A stretch of DNA of 64,000 bases from Raja brachyura (GCA_963514005.1 OY740806.1:21452001-21516000), one strand, 5' to 3'; shown: positions 39,366 to 53,800, counted from the stretch's first letter. Translations and numbers: made by a program. Notes: generated by a model not told the origin, from the sequence alone.

Positions 39366-40789
39366 AAACTTACAGTAGGCTTTCCTTTGTTGAATAAACA
39401 TTAATAGCCTGGACATAATTTCAAAATTTGTAGATTTGGAACTTTCAGGTACAGGAAATAGATTTAAAAATCCGTGATCAGGGCACTGTCAGCACAGAAA
39501 AATAAACATGGGAACTGATACATTTACAGTATGTAGGAGAATAAAGAAACTCAATGGTGAATTGTAAAGAGGTGCAAAAGAAGACTCTTGCTGTGACATT
39601 GACAGGGCAGATTAACAAAGCAGCTAATATAACATATGATCCTGTCTTCTATAAAAAGAGCATTGAATACAAAAACCAGCACTAGTACTGCCCCAGATGG
39701 AATTTGAAGAGGAAATATCTCTTGGGTTGCATGAGTTAAATAAGTAGCAAAGCAACAGCTGCACCTCATATGCTGCTCCCAAAGTTCTGTTTCAGTGACT
39801 TCAAAGCTGAATTTGACGGAGACTCCAGAAATCAGCTTCAACAAGATACCTCCTGTATATTACCAAAGATGAACTGCTACCGTAATCATGCTTGTTTTTG
39901 AGCATCACAGTTCAGAAAGGGTAGAAGATTTGTATATACAAAGTGTATTCCATACCGCTTTAGAACATTTCAAAATGTGTCCAGTTAAAATTATTTTTAA
40001 GTGTAACCAGTGCTGAGGTGTAATGTCCATCCCATCAGCAATGGAACATCAACCAGGGCATGTGTTCTTGAGATATCGAGCAAGGAATAAATGTTAAGCA
40101 TAACACCCTCTTGTTCTCTTCATATTGTTGCCAGAATTTGTACAGTTTCTTGAGGAAGTAGATAGGTCAGAAATGTAATCCTTCCATCAAAGTGACATTC
40201 ACAGTATTGCACTGCAGGTAAGCCTACGTTTTTCCGTGCTGAAGTCTCAGGATCATGTCCAATCACAGCAATGAAACCTAATGCCTGTAGAGCAGCTACA
40301 AGAATGGTTTCAGATTTTGGGATAATAATAATGGCCAGAGAAGATGAGAATTTCTTTAGAAGCATTTAAAGAAGAGATGCCTGCAACTCTTGGTTTGTCC
40401 CATTGAGGGACTGCGCGAAAAGGTCTACTATTACTAAGTTGGAGGTCTTTCTCTGTGAACTCCCACCATTCTAGGGAATGAAGACTGCAGAGGAATGCCA
40501 TGGTTTCCATCACAATATTTTTTCTCCAGAAATCATCCGTCTCTTCAGCACCTATCTAAAACGAAAACTTCTAAAACTTAGCCAAACAGTTCACAACTGT
40601 GCATCATGTTTTGTTTATGCATGGTGTAGATCACGTCCGTGCTTTCACTAAAACTATTCATATCTGCTTTCCCACCTCAGTCACTGTTGAAACATTATTA
40701 ACTTGTTGTCAGCCTCCCTAATTCTATTTATCTTACATTTTGAGGTGGTCCAAATCTCCGCAGCTCATGCCTAAACATTTCCATAAATT

Positions 40790-42380
40790 CCTTTTAAACA
40801 TAATTATATTTGGCTCTACCACTTCATCTGTCACCTCATTCCACATAACCACCACTTTTGGTATAAGAAAACTTACCCCTCAGATCTCCTTTAAATGTTT
40901 TGCTTGTCACTCTAGTTTCAGACTCCCCCTCATTGGAATCTAATCATTCCTCATAAGCCCTCCATTCCAGACAACATCCTGGTGAATCTATTCTGCATTA
41001 TTTCTGTTGCAACCACATATGTAATGTGGTGACACAATATTCTGAGTGTGATCTAACAAAATAATGTTAGAACTCGTGCTCGGGCAATAAAGGCAAGCAA
41101 GCATACTTAATTATCTTCTTCACCACCTATTTACATGTCTCACCATCTTTTAAGCGTTATGGACTTACACCCCAAGGTTTCGGTGTACATTAACTTTACT
41201 AAATTCCAGCCATCCAACCAAAATTTGATTTTCCAATGTGCATTACCTCACATTTGTCCAGATTAAATTCCACCTGCCAGCAATTTGCCCAACTCCCAAG
41301 CTGATTTATGTCTCTCTGTATCCTAATGCGCCTGTCCCACTTAGGCAACTTTTTAGGCGACTGAAGGCGACTATGCGGTCGCCACATGTTCGCGGGTGGT
41401 TGACGGGAAGTCGCCTTAATGGTCTTGAGGAGTTCCGGCATTCTGGGAACTAGTCGTGGCCCCATTATGGTCACCGCAAATTTTTCAACGTTGGAGAGTA
41501 GGGAGAATTCTCGTGCCGTAGGTGCAGTGGTAGTGGGTTGCCAGAAGGTCGAAGGTTCTCATAGGTTCTCGTAGGTTGTAGCCGGTACATTTCATTGGCT
41601 CATTGGGGAAAAAAAACTTAAGCAGTAGTTTTCAGAACCAAGGATAACATACTGGTAAAGTTAATGTCCGCTGAGCTTCACAGCCGTGTATCTCTGGCTT
41701 CTTAAAAGTCTCCACTCCTTCCCTCCCCTTCTCCCCCATCTCCTTTAAAGGACTTACATGATCCTTCCCGTACACTGTGCTTTCAATGTCTTAATCACAG
41801 CGCCAACCTTTCTGTTCCTCGCAGTATGTGTCTGTATCACATTGGCTTTGCAACGTGTGAATTTCACTCGGACAGCACTCCCCCCGCTTGCCCTGTCCTC
41901 CGCCTGCATAATGGGTTGATGAAGGAAGTGATGTATGTGCATGTGTGTGTTCCACTCTGACAGTCGCCGTTCCAGTCGCCAGTTTTTCAGGCGACTGAAA
42001 AATCGCCTAAGTGGGACAGGCCCATTAGGCAGTCTCCTTCGCTGTCCATGACTCCACTAATTTTTGTACCATTAAAAAACTTACAAATCAGCCCACCTAC
42101 ATACTCATCAAAGTCATTTATACATATTACAAATAACCAAGCTACCTGTGATACACTACTTACTACCACTTCCAGTCAGAAAAATACCCATCCACCATAC
42201 TCTTTTTCCTGCTGTCCTCAAGCCAATTTGGGATCTGGTCTGCCATCACATCTCAGATGCTCTCTGGATCAGCCCACCATACATAACCTTGTCAAAAGTG
42301 TTATTGAACTCCAAGTCTATCACCTTTCCTTCACCAATGTTCACATTCGGTTCCTCAAAAAAATCAATCAGATCAACTTA
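40790..42380 (-). mobile_element. Degraded CR1 LINE interrupted by a Harbinger element
   Basis: IQRDINQLGSWANCWQVEFNLDKCEVMHIGK and LFVICINDFDEYVGGLICKF on either side of the MITE. Confidence 0.75.
41327..42024. mobile_element. Harbinger-type non-autonomous element (same family as 20536-21248), inserted in a CR1 remnant
   Basis: Colinear with and highly similar to 20536-21248, same orientation. TAA/TTA flanks. Confidence 0.9.
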
Positions 42381-43703
42381 CTTGCAAACTCTTCTGCAGA
42401 CCCCTAACCTTCTGAATTATCTGTTCTCCTCGGAGTTCTTGCATTTGATCATTCTCAAGTTTAATTAGTCCATCAGTAAAACTAGAAAATGGTGAAAACA
42501 TTCAGCAGGTCAAGTAGCATTTGTGAAAAGAGAAACATAGTCAACGCTTCATGTTGAAGATCATTGTCCCTGTTCTGAAGAACTTAACCCCCCAAACCAA
42601 ATGTTTCCAAATGCGGTCCAATGTGAAATGCTTTCGAACATTTTGCTATTTTGAGCTATGTTATTGTTATTTTAGGCTTAATGCTGTAGAAGACAGAGTG
42701 ATTCAGGAATATAGAATGGTACAGAATATTGAAGAAGGTACCAAATTTTAAAGAGAATGTTACCAGCACTCTGACAAAATTTGCATACCAGTTTGCATTC
42801 ATAATTTGGGTAACTAAACCTATAATGGACTATGTAAAAAAAGACAATGGATATGTCAAATCATATCTTTCCACAAACAAACATTTTAAATCAAATTAAA
42901 ATCCACTTACTATTAGTGCTGTGGATCCAGTCACTGATACGATCTATTTTGGTGAGACACAACCTGTTGTGGAAAACAAATCAAAGAGTGATTCTGTTAA
43001 GTTGCGTGAATTGTTCTTAATTTCTCTAAATGTTGCATCATATCTGTTGTGGAAAACTATTTCCTACAATGATACAGTAATAGAACAGTGAAAATGATGT
43101 CAAACAGGAAAAGCCTCACTAGAAAGCACATGACAGCAATTGTCTATTTGACAACGTATACACCTTTTATTTTCTTTCTACGTGAGCTTCTTCCTACTTC
43201 TTTGTCTAACTCTTATCCATGTACCCTTCTTTGCATTCGGGTGTACCTCATCAAAAGCATCTACCTTGTCACTTCAGCCACTCCCAGATGTTGCGAATTC
43301 TACATGCTACCCATTCTCTGAGAAACATGTTTTAAATTTCTTGTACATAATTTGCATCTACAGGATATGGTCTTTTTTCCTTCCAGATAGACCATGAGCC
43401 AGTTTCAAATGTTGAGTAAATATCGTGCTGAATATTAGTCACTATTAAACAGCAAACCGAAAATAGTATTTCCCTTTGCTTGTTTCTCTGTAGGAAATTT
43501 TATCTCAAATGATATTAGAACCACACTCCAAAACAAATAGTTCAGTTCATCTTGCATTTGTCATCTGAAAGCAATAAAATTAGGCTCACTAGCATCTTCC
43601 TGTTTTAGAGACCTACTGTTATTTTTCCTTTAAGTATTCTTTCAATTTATTTATTTTTTTAAACCTGCTCCCACTGTCCTTTCAAGTAGCGCGTCAGATA
43701 AAA

Positions 43704-44650
43704 TGAATGAATGAATGATGAATGAATGAATAGCCTTTATTGTCATTCAGACCTTTCGGTCTGAACGAAATTTCGTGACTGCAGTCATACATATATAAAA
43801 ATGACAAAACCACACAATAAACACAAAAATTAACATCCACCACTATGAGTTCACCAAACACCTCCTCACTGTGGTGGAAGGCAAAAGTCTTAGAGTCTCT
43901 GTCTTCTTCCCTCCTTATTCTCCCTCTGCGCTGAGGAGGTCCAGGCCTCCGATGCTGCCGTCCACCAGGCCCGTGGCCGAGCCTCCGAAACCAGCCCGCC
44001 GCCACCGCCGTTGCCGGAACGCCGGAACACCGCCACAGGGCCCACCGCCGGAACGTCGCTGGAGCACCACAGCCCCGAAGCCAGGTCGCCACTGGAGCAC
44101 CGCAGCCCCGAAAGCCAGGTCACAGCCGGAATGCCACTGGAGCACCGCAGCCCCGAGGCCAGGTCATCGATGGAGCACCGCAGCTCCGAAACCAGGTCAC
44201 CGCCGGAACGTCGCTGGAGCACCGCAGCTCCGAAACCAGGTCACCGCCGGAACGTCGCTGGAGCACCGCAGCCCCGAAACCAGGTCACCGCCGGAATGCC
44301 ACTGGAGCACCGCAGCCCCGAAACCAGGTCACCGCCGGAATGTCACTGGAGCACCGCAGCTCCGAAGCTGTGCCGCCGCCGCTGGAAGCTGGAAGGCCGC
44401 CAGCTCCACCATTAGGGCCTCAGCACAGACGGAGACGGTGACAGGGGACACCACAGAAAAGTCGCATCCCCCCAAAGGGAGAGACTAAAATCCCGTTTCT
44501 CCCACCCTCCCCCCCCCCCCCCCACACACACATACACAACCTAACAAACCAAAAATAATCCCTAAAAACAGGCACGAAGACAAAAATAAAATAAAAGACA
44601 GACGGACTGCAGGTGAGCCGCAGCTGCCAAGCAGCGCCACCACTTCCGGG
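43704..44650 (-). mobile_element. Non-autonomous retroposon (Rex/Babar-type ends) with internal minisatellite
   Basis: On the minus strand: 5' ccggaagtggtggcgctg, GC-rich body, 3' gacaataaag followed by a (CATT)n tail. Confidence 0.65.
44042..44367. repeat. GC-rich tandem repeat, 44-bp unit (ccaggtcaccgccggaacgtcgctggagcaccgcagc(c/t)ccgaaa) with 33-34 bp variants
   Basis: Unit starts at 44192, 44236, 44280 and 44324 (period 44). About 8 units in total. Confidence 0.92.
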
Positions 44651-44664
44651 GAAGTGACATAAAT

Positions 44665-45350
44665 TGTGTAGAAACACTGAACTGCAGATGCTAGTTTTAA
44701 AAAAAGGGCATAAATTACTGGAGTAACTCTGCAGGTCAGGCGGCATTTCTGGAGAGCATGGATAGGTGATGGTTTGGGTCGGGACCCTTCTTAAACTGAT
44801 TGTGGGGGGGAGGGGGGATGTGGGGGAGGAGGAACGAAGGGTGAGCAAGAAGAGGCCAGACTAAGAGTGGCAAATGATAAGTGGACGCAGGTGAGAGGGG
44901 GTAGATAGGCAGATGGTTGGAACAAAGGCCAGATATAGTATTAAAACCATAAGAGACAAAAGCTGTGAATTGTGACAGGAGTGCGGGTGGAGGGAAGAAA
45001 TAGGTGCACGCCCAGGTGGGGCATGGGGGAGGGGGCAGAGAAAGAGAGGTGTGGGGGAGAAAGTGGAGCAGCAGGGGTTCCACTGCCAAAATTTGGAGAG
45101 ATCAATGTTCATATCCTAGGGTTGACAGCTGCCAAAGCAGAATATGAGCAGCTGTTCCTTCAGTTTGCGCGTGGCCTCACTCTGGTAATGAAGGTGGCCC
45201 ATGACAGAAAGGTCAGTATGGAAATGGGATGGTGAGTTAACATGGTTAGTAAATGGGTGATCCATTAGGCCTTGGTGGACGGAGTGCAAGTATTTGGCAA
45301 AACAGTCACTTGGTCTGAATGATGTATAGGAGACCACATTGGGAACACTG
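44665..45350 (-). mobile_element. Penelope-like element 3' portion with GIY-YIG endonuclease remnant
   Basis: FAKYLHSV...NHVNSPSHFHTDLSVMGHLHYQSEATRKLKEQLLIFCFGSCQP.GMNID, followed by the pLTR end. Confidence 0.82.
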
Positions 45351-45524
45351 TCGGTAGATGAAGTAGATACGATAAATTGTGTTGTGTCTTTTGTTTAATT
45401 TTACTTGTTCCATGCTGCTCTCACTTTGAAGCTATTGGTATAAATTAAACACCCATTTTAAGGCATAATTATTCTATTAAATTGTAAGCAATGGGAACAT
45501 TCAATTATGTAAATAATTGTCAGA

Positions 45525-46320
45525 CGATACAGTGAGATATAGATCAGCTGCAGAATTAGGCAGAAAAATGGCAGCTGGAGTTTAACCCGAGCAAGTGAGG
45601 TGTTGCTTTTTGGGAGGCTGAACATAAGGAGAGTGGCAGTTCATGGCAAGACCTTAAACAGCATTGATGTGCAGAGGGATCTTGGAGTCAAAGTTCATAG
45701 CTCTCGAAAGGTGGGAGCACTCGTAAATAGGGTGGTAAAGGCATATGGTATGCTTGCCTTCATTGCTAGAAGCATAACAGTCAGGAAGTCTTGATGCAGC
45801 TCTACAGGACTTTGGTTAGGTTGCATTTGGAGTATTGCATGCAGTTCTAGACACCCCATTACAGGAAAGATGTGGAAGTATTGGAGATGGTGCAGAGGTG
45901 GTTTACCAGAATGCTGCCTGGATTAGAGGGATTCAGCTGCAGGGTGGGTTGGATAGACTTGGATGGTTTTCTCAGGAACATTGGAGGTTCAGGGGAGACT
46001 TGATAGAAGTATATAAAACTTTGTGAGGCAGAGATAATGTAGACAGTCAGAACCTTATTCCCAGGTTGGAAATAACACTAGGGTATAGCTATAAGGTGAG
46101 AGGGGGTAAATATAATGGAAACGTGCAGGGCAAGTTTATTTGTTACACAGAGGGTTGTGGGGGCCTGGAACACATTGCCAGGGGTGATGGAAGAAGATTC
46201 GAAATGGCGTTCATGAAACTTTTATGCACATGAATTTGCAGGGAATGATAGGATATGGATCACTTGCAGACAGATGAAATTAGTTCGGCCACGTATGATG
46301 TTGGACACAAACATTGTGGG
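45525..46320 (+). mobile_element. CR1 LINE 3' fragment
   Basis: QRDLGVKVHSS.KV...KAYGMLAFIAR and RGDLIEVYK motifs. Confidence 0.8.
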
Positions 46321-46324
46321 CTCT

Positions 46325-46590
46325 TCGTCCCATCGAGTTTGTGCTGACCAGTGATTACTCCATACACTAATACTGTCCTACACACTAGGGACAATTTATA
46401 ATTTTACCAAAACCAATTAACCTACAAACCTGTATGTCCTTGGAGTGTGGGGAGAAACCGGAGCACCTGGATAAATCCCATGCGGTCACAGGGAGAACAT
46501 ACAAACGCCATACAGACAGCACCCGTAGTCAGGATCTAACCCATGTCTCTGGCGCTGTAAGGCCGGAGCTCTATTGCTATGCCACTGTTC
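46325..46590 (-). mobile_element. V-SINE (HE1-like)
   Basis: Reverse complement of the SINE core (ccaattaacctacaaacctg...cagacagcacccgtagtcagg). Confidence 0.82.
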
Positions 46591-47489
46591 CAACCTAAAT
46601 TCTGTATAATTCAGTTTCACTGAAACCAATACACAACCGGCAGCCAATATCCACGCATGTATTTAGTGGTCCTGATCAGACAAATTTCAACCCCAAAGAT
46701 TTGGGTGGAGGTAAAATGGAGCTTGGTTCTTTGCATTTGAACACAACACATTGAATTTTAAGACATGTTAAAAATTTGCTCTACTTTCCAACAAAACTGC
46801 ATTTCATTCTTAAAGCACCATTTTTATATTGCTAGCAGTGAATTTATATATTGGGCATTATGAAATTTGTAGTCCAGTAAGTTCTTCACTTTAATGACAA
46901 AATAACTTATTTACGCGTCCAAGGAGCCAGGTTGAAATCTGTTTTTCGGGATTGTATCAGCCTTTATGGCAAAACTAGAGATCTTGATTTTTCAGACGTA
47001 CAGAAAATGCTGGAAATGTTGAGTAAATCTGAGGTTGGTGAAATTGAGTCAAACCCTCAGGGGTTGGTGAAATAGTCAAAATCTCAGGTCAATAAGTTTA
47101 TTAGGATTAGGAAAAGTTGCATGCCTGATATTACTGAGTAGGGTAAAGAACAAAGAGAATATTTATGAAAGGAAAAGCGATACAAATAGCTGAGAGAGGG
47201 TGAAGGCCGTTTGCTGGTTGCAGCTGATTTTTGAGAGAAGGCATTGCCAGAAGAAAAGAAGAGAGAAAAAAAAATCAATGTTATACCTGAGAGATACAGA
47301 GCACCTACCTTGGCTGTAAATTCAAATTGAGTGTGAATGCTAGAAATAACAAGCAGGGCAGAGCATATGTGGAAGAAAACTGTTAAACTTGCTGAATTCA
47401 GCATGAGTCCTGAGAGCTGTAATATTTCTAATCAGGAGATGAGATGCCATTCCTTGATTTTCTATTGGGCTTTAATCACATATTCACAG

Positions 47490-47798
47490 TCACAGTCTAA
47501 GGATAAGGGGGAATTCCTTTAGGACCGAAATGAGGAAAACATTCTTTACACAGAGAGTGGTGAGTCTCTGGAATTCTCTGCCACAGAAGGTAGTTGAGGC
47601 CAGTTCATTGGCTATATTTAAGAGGGCGTTAGATGTGGCACTTGTGGCTAAAGGGATCAGGGGGGTATGGAGAGAAGGCAGGTATGGGATACTGAGTTGG
47701 ATGATCAGCCATGATCACATTGAATGGCGGTGCAGGCTCGAAGGGCCGAATGGCCTACTCCTGCACCTATTTTCTATGTTTCTATGTCTATGTTTCTA
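47490..47798 (+). mobile_element. Young CR1 3' end with (TTTCTATG)n tail, inserted in an old Penelope remnant
   Basis: MRKTFFTQRVVSLWNSLPQKVVEA...; tail ttttctatgtttctatgtctatgtttcta. Confidence 0.85.
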
Positions 47799-48364
47799 TT
47801 CTAAAAGGCTAATGAGTAGTTTTGAGTGGTATTGAGAAGGAGACCAAAGTGGCAGGCAAGGAGATGTTCAGTTAGCCTTTTGAACCAAATGGAAGGGAAG
47901 AAAGGCATCCAATCTGCATTTGGTTCCTCCAATGAACAGGAGATAAATCAAATATTAATTTGCACCTCGTGAGCGTCACAAATGCAATGCTAAATTGGAA
48001 GAGGTATGAGTGAATATCAGTTTCACTTGGAAGGAGATTTTGGGTTCCTCAATGGTGATATGGGAGGTTTTGCATCGCCTGTAGTTACTTGGGAAGGTGC
48101 TGTGAGAATGGAAGTCAGTATTAGCGCAAATGGAAAAGTGAACAAGGGCCTTTAGAAGAGATTGATTCCATCAAACACTGAAATGGGTGGGAAGGGGATA
48201 ATGTTTCTGTTGGAGGCATATCATTTGTAGTGGTGGAAATTACAGAGGTTATATAGAGGAGGCTAGTGGATGGTGAGAACCTTGTGCTGGGTGGGAGACA
48301 AGGCAATGAGAGCAAATGTGCAGAAAATAGAACAGACACAATTTGAGAGCCATTTAGGAATCAA

Positions 48365-48530
48365 AGATGGGCACAAAATGCTGGAGTAACACAGTGGGAC
48401 AGGCAGCATCTCTGGAGAGAAGGAATGGATGATGTTTTGGGTCGTGTCATTCGGCCTGTCCCGCTGAGTTACTCCGGCATTTTGTATCTATCTTTGGTGT
48501 AAACCAGCATCTGCAGATCCTTCCTACACA
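48365..48530. mobile_element. Foldback of two Penelope ends
   Basis: caaaatgctggagtaacacagtgggacaggc ... gcctgtcccgctgagttactccggcattttg. Confidence 0.75.
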
Positions 48531-50896
48531 TTTAAGAATCATATGTGTGCATCATATTATAATTGGTAATAGTTGATAAACTGGTAGAATTCAATGAAGT
48601 CTTAACTGCAAGCAGGGTAGGAGAAGATGTAGTAGATGTAACTGTGGGTGTCTCTGGGCCTGTAGTGGATGTTAAGAACCTATCCACACCATACGATCAC
48701 ACCATAAGATGTGAACAACATGGACAATCAATTTAGGATCATTTCCTATCTTTTGAGACAGAGTGGTGAGCTACTTTCTGTCCCAACTTTAAAACCAACT
48801 AACTTGGGTATCATCCGATTCTGAAAGTGGAAGTGATCAAAGAAAATTACATTAAGCTTCTTCAGCACTCAAAAAGGGAAAAATATTTTAAGTTAAAATA
48901 AGGTTAAGACTCTCACTGTAAGAAACTGGAGAAAAGTAATGTAAATGCTCCTGCCAACTACTTTTATCAAAGGCATCAATTTTTTTGAGAAATAACATTT
49001 AATATTGACATAACAGAATTACTTTTGGAACTAAAACAATATGACAACATATTTGGAAGCAGGACATCATCTAGAAGAAACAAAATATGCCAATAACTGG
49101 AGTAAAGGAAATTATAGACTGTTTAATTATAGATGGTCGAGCTTTCCAGGGTTGATGAATGTGTTAGAATGCTGATAGAACATATAAAACTGATTGAGAG
49201 GTTATGCTTCAGGAATAGCAAAATGATCCCAGCAATTAGAACAATAATTCTGTCGAAAGATATGATAGTTTGGACAATAACAGGAAATCGATAGTTTTCC
49301 CTTGGAAATCAGGATTTCTTATTCGGTGATTAGGCCATTATCTGAGAGACAGCAATCATGCTGGATGAGACAAGAATGATTTTTGTATATGAGCTAAAAT
49401 CCCAAGGATGGTTTGTTTCATATGTCATGTCTGTCATGTGTGCACGTGATAACGAGGCTGAGAAAACAAGATAGTCATTTAACGTCATTAAAACAATGAA
49501 AAACTAATTTATGGAACCATCCACATAAGGTTAAATCTACTGACAAAGAAGTTGAAATCAAAGCTGAAGAAATGGAACACAGAATTTTGACTGGTGCATT
49601 TTAAGAGTAGGGAGATACCATAATTGGCAAACATATTCACAAGATGTTTACAGATAAACAAAAGAACAGAGAAAACATTTAAGTCCACAACTTTTAAAGA
49701 AAGATTTTTAGACTGAACTTTAACTTCTTTGCCTTTTGTATTTTTGAAATGTATGAGTAGATTACTGGGAAATGCAGCTACAACTAGTATGTATGTAATA
49801 TTCATTTTCAAATATATAAAGGCAACTTAGAAAATATTTTGAATATCTGTTAGGGTTAACAGATTGAAACTCACTGGCATTTGCTTACTGGGAAATATTG
49901 GCTTAGACTTGAGATTGTGACTTTTTGCATTGTTATTAATTCCTACTGCTCTGATTACCAAATTATTCAGAAGCAACTAAATAAAATTGCATCATATTTT
50001 ACCAATGTGATTGAAAAGTCTTTGAAACAACAGATTTCACCCTGGATGGTATAGACCTTCAGGTTAGTGTGAAGTTATATTTAACAGGGACTCATTTCTA
50101 AAATACTTGCAGTAACTCAATGCTTTATAGATTGAAGCATGCTATTCCTTTCTCAATGTTTAAGTAAGCCTGAGTGTTTCTATTCTCGGTTACGGTAGAT
50201 ATAATTTGGAACTGATTACATAAACGTGACTATCAGTGTGTTGAACTCTCTTTTGATAATGCAATGTACAATTTACCTTCCAATGTAACACATTATGCAT
50301 ACTGCATTACTGCAAATATAATTTGAAGGTTTCAAATCAGTATGGACTGGGGAAACTAGAAAATGGAAAAATACAGGTTTCTGAATTTTACAACTTATCC
50401 TACCACATGCCCTCAAGCAAGTTAATACTTTTGGCTTGGATCTTTCAAATTCCTTAGATCCTTCTCCTCTTTTCTGTGTAGCCCTTAATGAAGAGAAATA
50501 GATATTCATTTGAAATATGGCACAAATTGGTATAGATCAGTGTTTCACAAAAATCTGTAACATTTTACTTACGTAGCTAATTTCCACGGTGACATTTCCA
50601 AGGAAGAGAAACAAAATTTAATGCAAATTATTTCCCAGTGCATTTTTTAAAAGATGGAGAACAATACTTTGTTAACCCCCGCTGTCATTTGCTCTCCCTT
50701 CAGAAGTACATACAGAAAATGAATCTGAGATAAACAAAATGATTGAAAGTAGGCCATGTGTGGCTGTGAAATTTTCCAACACATTTTCTAAAACCTTAAT
50801 AAATCAGAAAATAAATCTTTGAACACCAAAAGTAATTGTTCAACATCACCCAAAAAAGAGAGGTGACGAAAGTATGAAAGATTTTTTTCAACACTT

Positions 50897-53800
50897 TTTA
50901 TTCATAGCTTGTTTCTACTTTACATGAACTTGCAGGTGGGTTTTCATGATAACCTAAATTCTAGTAGGCAAGGCGATTAAAACCTGCGCACAGCGCAAAG
51001 TTCATAATTAGGTTTCATATTCAGAGATCAAAACAGTTCTTTAAAAAAATGTACTTTTTCTTCAATGCACATAAAGATAGTTTGTTACCTAATGTCATGG
51101 CATAGTCAAGACACACAATCCAATTTTACCTCACTTCATCTGATGATGGTTGCATACCCTGCAAGCTAACATTAGGCAGCATCAGAATCACATGCATCGT
51201 ACTTAAAAAAAATCTGTCTGGAGTGGCCGCAATGTTTCGATGAACTAAATTACATTATAGTACAGCAACAGCCAGTTACCAATTATGCTGTTCAATGGGA
51301 GGATCATATTAAATAGGAGAAATTTTCTCCTGGAGAACAATTCATTCCTTATACATTCAGGAGAGTTAATTGAAACATGGGGATAGATAAATTAATTTTT
51401 ACAATAAGGGCATTATTTACACTACAATTTCCATTGCATTCATGTACCCATTAAAATCGTTTGCATTTTCTTCAATTGATATTATTGAATTAAAAACAAT
51501 AATGTTACTGATTATCAGCCTCTATAGGTTGAAGTAAACATTCATTTGTTTAACCCTCCACAAGCTGTATTAATTTAAAATATCGCAATGCAATCACTAC
51601 GATTACAGGCGACCCCCATGTTACAGCCATTTGGGTCACATAAATTCACCCATATAGAATTTACAAATCACTAATCAAAAGTTTGGGATACAGAATAAAA
51701 TATGTTCTCATGAATTTGTGTGGGGAAAAAAAGAAAATAAATCAACTCAATTTTATTTTCAACTACTGCACAGTTAAAATGGCTTTGCAATACAGAAAAT
51801 AACAACATGTGCTGTTTTCTAGGAACACAACCTCTGTGATGTGGGAATTGCCTGTACTTTTGATTCTTTGCATTATTTAAATACAAAAAAGATTGCAAAC
51901 TTTGAGGCAGATCCTGTCTCTCTTAAATTATATTATTATCATATTCACATTTTCAAATCTTGTATACAGTAAATGATCATTGTTCAATGTCTTGTAAAAC
52001 TAGTCAGTTTAATAAAAAGGCTTTCCATAGATTGCTAAAAATATACAGGCCAAAAAAACACTATTTAACAGCAAATTCCATTGTTATGAATCTACTTTTT
52101 GCACCACACAGCAGAGCAGTAAACAGAATTTTACATTGTGACATTAGTACGGTAACTGACTGCAAAACCTTTTATGATCTGTTTTTTTTCCAGAAGTAAT
52201 ACTATATTGAATTTTGAAGGGAAAGGAATTGCAATAATACAGCCTTTACCTTGAGTAATAATCAATGAAGAAGATGACTACAGTACAGGCAGTGCCTGAA
52301 TTATAGGTTTAATTGGTGTGCAACAAAAGACAGTGCTTAGTATGTGTGGAGGAATGATACAAACCCTAAGGTCCACAGCCTAGAAGTTCAGATGTCCGAA
52401 TACAGAGCATACGTGGGCTTGTGGGAGTTGGGGAGGGGGTAGAATTGGTGAGTTTTGTGACACTAACTTACATTTGGCCTTGAAGAAAGATTTCTGTTCA
52501 TATCACCACACCAAAAGCAGCAGCCTTTGTGTGAATGTTGAAATGACTGGACTGGAAGAATAAGAGTAGAGATGAGAAATGGGGAGGAAAGGTTGGAAAT
52601 AAAGCAATTGTTATGGATGGAAGTGGTGCTGATAATCGGGGGGGGGGGGGAGAAGGTAGCAATTATTTTAGGAGTGGGAAAACAACAACCAGCATATCTT
52701 TAAACACAGGTTAAGGAGCAGCAATCTTATTCTCACTGGTTCCATATTTAGTAAGTATATTTTGAAACCTCCTTCATCATTTGTGGTCTAATACATGGTT
52801 CCTTTCTGACCTCCATATACTGCATGTAAAAACTAGTTCCCCAAATTTTAGCCAGTGCCAGCACTGGTAGCTTTTGGGCAAATCAACTGCGGTGGAGGCC
52901 TCAGCAAGGGATTAGACCCTTTAATTGCATATGCATATTATTTTTGGTCTTTACCAATGGGTTATGACCCACTACTGGTTCACAATGAACACATACTTCC
53001 TGCCCTTTATGTTGGAGGGCTAAGAAGCAAATTTTATAGGCTCACATCAATCATTAAGTGCCATTGACCACTCAACTCTCTCTGCGATCAGACATGGAAC
53101 ACTTACTGTAATCTGATTTTAGAATACACTGAATTTGTGAATGATTGATGGGTGCTGCATTCAATCATGTTTAACCATACTATATAGAAATCATGATATA
53201 AAGATAGCCAATATGCATGACCAGGAACATGGAGAAAGCAAATAAGAACATAAATATGTACAAGTAGGTCTTGAACATTCATATGCGTTACTTGTATCAT
53301 TTTCAATCAGGACAATATTTCTGTAAATGCATTTTAGTTCCAAGCAATATTAATACATTGATATTTCAAAAGTGCCATGTGATTACAAAATGATTTAGAA
53401 ATAAATGATTTCAATAAAATTCACTAAAATTCATATCATTTCAACCTTTGCTTGAAACTCAATTCTTTTGGTCACAACTTATTTTCAGGCATGGTGTCAA
53501 TTTATCACCTATATTATATCATGGTATTATATAATGGTAAAATTGTGCTAACGTAAAAAAAAAGAAATTATGATACCTCAACCAGGTCATCCAAACTATT
53601 ACTCATTATCCAGATTAAAACAGGAAATAAAACAATGTATAAGAATGTAAATATAAACACTATTCTCATCAAACATTCTGTTGAGATTTTATGTTCCCCA
53701 CAGTATTCGTTAGAAAATGTTTTAAAACCATGCAAGTCCAAATAGGTCAATTTTCAAATATTTGTTTGAATAGAATGGTGTTGGATATTTCACTAAGGTG

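Noticed and set aside
44042-44367. CRISPR-like array, or a repeat protein from ORF 43871..44488
   Set aside because: The units are contiguous with no unique spacers, no cas genes are present, and the context is vertebrate. Open frames on both strands simply reflect a GC-rich minisatellite.
51604-52310. Tigger/pogo-like termini (tacaggcgacccc, tacaggcagtgcc)
   Set aside because: Both are in the same orientation and no matching inverted end was seen; too weak to call.
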